Origin: Anaeromyxobacter sp.
GTDB taxonomy: Bacteria > Myxococcota > Myxococcia > Myxococcales > Anaeromyxobacteraceae
Direction of reading: 5' to 3'
NCBI GenBank assembly: GCA_049840735.1
Contig: JASGJN010000026.1
Coordinates: forward strand, 480,001 to 544,000
DNA: 64,000 nucleotides
Shown in pieces: positions 60,646-64,000 of this stretch. Numbering within the stretch: the first letter of the stretch is position 1; every line of letters starts with the position of its first letter. The notes beneath the pieces were generated by a model. It saw only the letters and a list, made by a program, of their open reading frames with translations, searched no databases and had not been told where the DNA came from. A program made the translations under genes and the position numbers.

Positions 60646-62538
60646 TCAGGCCCGCGCCGCCGGGAGGTGGAGCGTGAAGGTGGTCCCCGCCCCGGGGCGG
60701 CTCTCCACCTCCACCCGCCCGCCGTGGTCCTCGGCGATGTGCTGGACCATGGGCAGCCCCAGGCCGGTGCCGCGCCCGGGCGCCTTGGTGCTGAAGAACG
60801 GCTCGAAGATGCGGGCCAGCACCTCGGGCGGCATGCCCGGGCCGGAGTCGCTCACCTCGATGCGCACGCCGTCCCCGTCGCGCCGCGCGCGCAGGGCGAC
60901 GGCGCCGCCCTCCGGCATCGCGTCGCGCGCGTTGATGAGCAGGTTCACCAGCGCCTGCTCCAGCTGCACCTCGCGCCCGTCCAGCGGCGGCAGGCCCGGC
61001 TCCACCTCGACCGTCAGCGTGACCTGCGGCCCCATCACGCGGCCCACCAGCGCGGCCACCTCGCGCACCAGCCGGTCCACCTCGAGCTGCTGGGAGGCCT
61101 GCCGCGGGGCGCCGCGGCTGTAGGTCAGCAGCGCCCGCATCATCTCGGCGCAGCGGCGGGCCGCGTGGCGCGCGACCCTCAGGTCGGGCGTGAAGGGGTG
61201 CTCCGGCCCCAGCGCCTCCAGCGTCGGATCGAGCTGGCCCAGCACGATGGTGAGCTGGTTGTTCACGTCGTGGGCGAGGCCGCTGGCCAGCGTGGCCACC
61301 GTCTCGCGCCGCTGGCTGTGGTGGAGCTGCTCGCGCAGGGTCGAGTGCTCGTGGGCGGCCCGGCCGGCCCGCTGCAGCGCCTCCGCCAGCGCCACCGTGG
61401 GCGGGGCGGGGGTGGGCTGGCCGGCCGGGGCGGCGGGCCGGCCAGGGGCCTCGGCCAGCTCGTCGAGCGGGCGGCCGAAGCGGCGGGCGATGGAGCGGGC
61501 GCGCAGCATCAGCACCACGAAGCCGAGGATGGCCAGGGCCAGCACGCCCAGCGCGCGCCGGCGGCTCACGCCCATGATCTCCGGCTCGGGGATGGCCACC
61601 ACCACGTACCAGGTCAGCCCGGCCGGCCCGCGGTAGGGCCTGACCAGGCCGTAGTGGGCCACGCCCTCCGCGTCGCGGGTCACCAGCTGCCGGCCCTCGG
61701 GCGGCAGCGCCAGGAGCCCGTCGGCCAGCGGCGCCAGCTCGGGGCCCAGCCGCGCCACCGGCCCCAGGAACTGCGCCAGCCGGGCCTCGCGCGACTCGAA
61801 GGCGGCGCGGTGGGGGAGGACCAGCGAGCGGCCCTGGGGATCGGCCAGGACGATCTCGGTGCCGGGCGTGGGGGCGATGGCCCAGAGCCGGCCGGTGAGG
61901 TCGTCGAGCATCACGTCCAGCGCAATCACCCCCTCCAGCGCGCCGGCGCGGCGGATGGGGAAGGAGAGCGTGATGCCCGGGTCCTGCGTGGTCATGAACT
62001 GGTAGGCCTCGGGCGACCAGCGCGGCGCGTCCGCGTCCCCCACGCGCGTGTACCAGTCGCGCTGGCGCGGATCGTAGCCGGTCGCGTCCCAGGGCTCGAT
62101 GCGCGTCACGCCGGCGTGGCGGCGGGTCCAGCGCAGCTCCGCCTCCCCGGCGCCGCGGCGGCGCAGCGCTCGCGAGTGCCAGCCGCCGGGCTGGCGCAGC
62201 TCCAGCACCGAGGTGCCGTCGGCGCTGCACAGGTTCACCGACGAGACGAACGTCTGCGCTTCGAGCAGGGGGAGCGAGAGCGCGTCCACGCGCTCGGGAT
62301 CGTCCAGCCGGAGGGTACCGTCGAGCCACCACCCCGCCAGCGTCGTGCCCACCCGGCTGGCCGAGGCCAGCTCGCCGTCCAGTGCCTGCGCCGCGCGCTC
62401 CGAGGCGTCCGCGGCGCGGGCCCAGGCCTGCGCGTCCAGCGCCCGCACCACCCCCCACCAGCCCAGCCCCAGCACCGCGGCCAGCAGCAGTCCGGTGAGC
62501 GTGAGGATCTCCCGGTAGAGGTAGCCGCTGATCCGCAT
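60646..62538 (-). CDS. Membrane sensor histidine kinase with Cache-type domain
   Basis: TM, YDPRQRDWY, W..AY.F...PGIT, TM, AHDVNNQL, NARDAM, FFSTK..GTGLGL. Confidence 0.9.
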   Translation of the reverse strand: MRISGYLYREILTLTGLLLAAVLGLGWWGVVRALDAQAWARAADASERAAQALDGELASASRVGTTLAGWWLDGTLRLDDPERVDALSLPLLEAQTFVSSVNLCSADGTSVLELRQPGGWHSRALRRRGAGEAELRWTRRHAGVTRIEPWDATGYDPRQRDWYTRVGDADAPRWSPEAYQFMTTQDPGITLSFPIRRAGALEGVIALDVMLDDLTGRLWAIAPTPGTEIVLADPQGRSLVLPHRAAFESREARLAQFLGPVARLGPELAPLADGLLALPPEGRQLVTRDAEGVAHYGLVRPYRGPAGLTWYVVVAIPEPEIMGVSRRRALGVLALAILGFVVLMLRARSIARRFGRPLDELAEAPGRPAAPAGQPTPAPPTVALAEALQRAGRAAHEHSTLREQLHHSQRRETVATLASGLAHDVNNQLTIVLGQLDPTLEALGPEHPFTPDLRVARHAARRCAEMMRALLTYSRGAPRQASQQLEVDRLVREVAALVGRVMGPQVTLTVEVEPGLPPLDGREVQLEQALVNLLINARDAMPEGGAVALRARRDGDGVRIEVSDSGPGMPPEVLARIFEPFFSTKAPGRGTGLGLPMVQHIAEDHGGRVEVESRPGAGTTFTLHLPAARA

Positions 62539-62762
62539 GGACGGGGCACTTTAACCTACCGATGGTGAAGGACCAGTCGGGGTCACGGTGGGTGGATGAC
62601 CCACCCGACCGTCGGTACGACCGCCGACGGGTGAAGGCGAGCGGGTGAGCCCGGCCGTCGCAGCGCCCAGCCCTGCGCCGCGGTAGAGTCCGGGCGTCCG
62701 ATCGAGGAGGAAGCGCCCTGGCCCCTGCTCCCCTGCCTGCCGCCCAGCCCCCTGGCTTCCCG

Positions 62763-63374
62763 GTGCCCGGCACCCCGTCGCTCCTGCAGCGCGCCTGCGC
62801 CGGGGCGCTGCGCCTGCTCGGCTGGAAGTGGCGCGTGGACTGGCCGCAGGTGCCGCGCTGCGTGGTGATCGTCTACCCGCACACGTCCAACTGGGACTTC
62901 GCCATCGGCTACCTGGTGAAGGCGGCCTCCGGCGTCCCCATCCAGTTCATCGGCAAGCACACCCTCTTCCGCTGGCCGCTGGGGCCGGTGCTGCGCTGGA
63001 TGGGAGGCATCCCGGTGGACCGGAGCGCGCCGTCCGGCTTCATCCCGGCCATGCAGGCGGAGCTGCTGCGCCGCCCGTGGGCCTGGGTGGTGCTGGCGCC
63101 GGAGGGGACGCGCTCGCGGCTCGATCACTGGAAGTCCGGGTTCCACCGGCTGGCGGTGGGGGCGGGCGTGCCGCTGGGGCTGGCCTTCATCGACTGGAAG
63201 GAGAAGGAGGTCGGGCTCACCGCCTACGTGGACCTGAGCGGCGACCCGGAGCGCGACCTGGAGGTGCTGCGCGCCTTCTACGCCGGGAAGGCCGGCAGGC
63301 GGCCCGAGCTGGCCAGCGACATCCGCTTCCGCGCCGCCCCGCGGGTGGACGGGCGCCCGCCGACGCGGGGCTGA
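62763..63374 (+). CDS. 1-acyl-sn-glycerol-3-phosphate acyltransferase family (PlsC-like)
   Basis: PHTSNWD, GGIPVDR, APEGTR, WKSGF. Confidence 0.88.
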   Translation: MPGTPSLLQRACAGALRLLGWKWRVDWPQVPRCVVIVYPHTSNWDFAIGYLVKAASGVPIQFIGKHTLFRWPLGPVLRWMGGIPVDRSAPSGFIPAMQAELLRRPWAWVVLAPEGTRSRLDHWKSGFHRLAVGAGVPLGLAFIDWKEKEVGLTAYVDLSGDPERDLEVLRAFYAGKAGRRPELASDIRFRAAPRVDGRPPTRG

Positions 63375-63456
63375 CGGGCGCCGAGGGCACGCACAGCAGC
63401 CGGGCGGACGGGCACTGGCGGCGGCGGGGACGCACCGTTGGCTCGCGACCCGCGCC

Positions 63457-63897
63457 ATGCCCGACACCGAGCCCCTGAACGATCCCCTGGCCGACTTCCT
63501 CCGCGCCCGCCGCGACGAGGTGGTGGAGCGCTGGGCCCGCCGCGTGCGCGCGCTCCCCTCGGCGCGGCTCCTGCCCGAGCCGGCGCTGCGCGATCACGTG
63601 CCGCACATCCTGGAGCGGATCGAGGCCTACCTGGCGGCGCAGGTCGGGCGCGACGAGGTGGCGGCGCGGGCGGAGCCGCACGGGCAGGACCGGGCCAGCC
63701 AGGGGTACGACCTGGAGGAGCTGATCCTGGAGATCGGCGTGCTGCGCGACGTGGTGCTGGAGGTGCGCGCCGAGGCCGGCGCCCTCACCGGCGAGGACGC
63801 GGTGCGGATGGTGCGGGCCTTCGACCCGGTGGTCGCGTCGGTGGTGCAGGAGTGGTCGCGCGCCGGCGGGGAGCTGGGGGAGGGCGTGGCGCCGTGA
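63457..63897 (+). CDS. Stand-alone RsbRD-N-like (globin-like) sensor domain protein
   Basis: LADFLR.RRDEVVERW, LRDH.P..L, HG..R..QGYDL..L..E...LR. Confidence 0.7.
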   Translation: MPDTEPLNDPLADFLRARRDEVVERWARRVRALPSARLLPEPALRDHVPHILERIEAYLAAQVGRDEVAARAEPHGQDRASQGYDLEELILEIGVLRDVVLEVRAEAGALTGEDAVRMVRAFDPVVASVVQEWSRAGGELGEGVAP

Positions 63898-64000
63898 GCG
63901 CCGGGCCGGAGGCCGGCGGCGGGCCGGTCCGCGAGGTGGGCGGGCCGCCCAAGCCGGCGCCGCCGCGCCGCGCCGTAAGCGTATGCTGACCATGAACGCC

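Overview
Very GC-rich bacterial DNA. The gene content (many hybrid histidine kinases, a sigma-54 activator, an ECF sigma/caspase cluster, Sel1 and M64 proteins) suggests a myxobacterium such as Anaeromyxobacter; this is inference. About 60 CDS are supported. Metabolic and housekeeping genes include panE-like, acyl-CoA dehydrogenase, ilvD, RsmB-like and mgtE. There is a sulfate uptake/activation cluster (cysDNHC-cysTWA, divergent from sbp plus a porin), a ribose regulon split over two loci (rbsR-rbsK and rbsDACB, each with a LacI operator), and a copper/silver efflux locus (cusCBA-like, sensor kinase, cupredoxin) with sigma-54 promoters. No rRNA, tRNA, CRISPR array or transposase was seen. Top candidate for a new system (55.5-60.6 kb): an ECF sigma, a ZAS/TM/DUF4384-like anti-sigma, an exported caspase-family protease with intact His/Cys dyad fused to a putative outer-membrane barrel, and two paralogous Ca-loop lipoproteins, with twin divergent promoter motifs. 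Other notable signals: (i) a dispersed ~55 bp palindromic repeat family with 6 copies, one inserted in-frame in a signal peptide and two bracketing the cupredoxin gene; (ii) most apparent frameshifts are GATC->GAATC/GATTC changes, which points to sequencing errors at modified GATC sites rather than pseudogenes; (iii) operator palindromes for sulfur, copper and GIY-YIG genes. All calls are by eye; no database searches were run.
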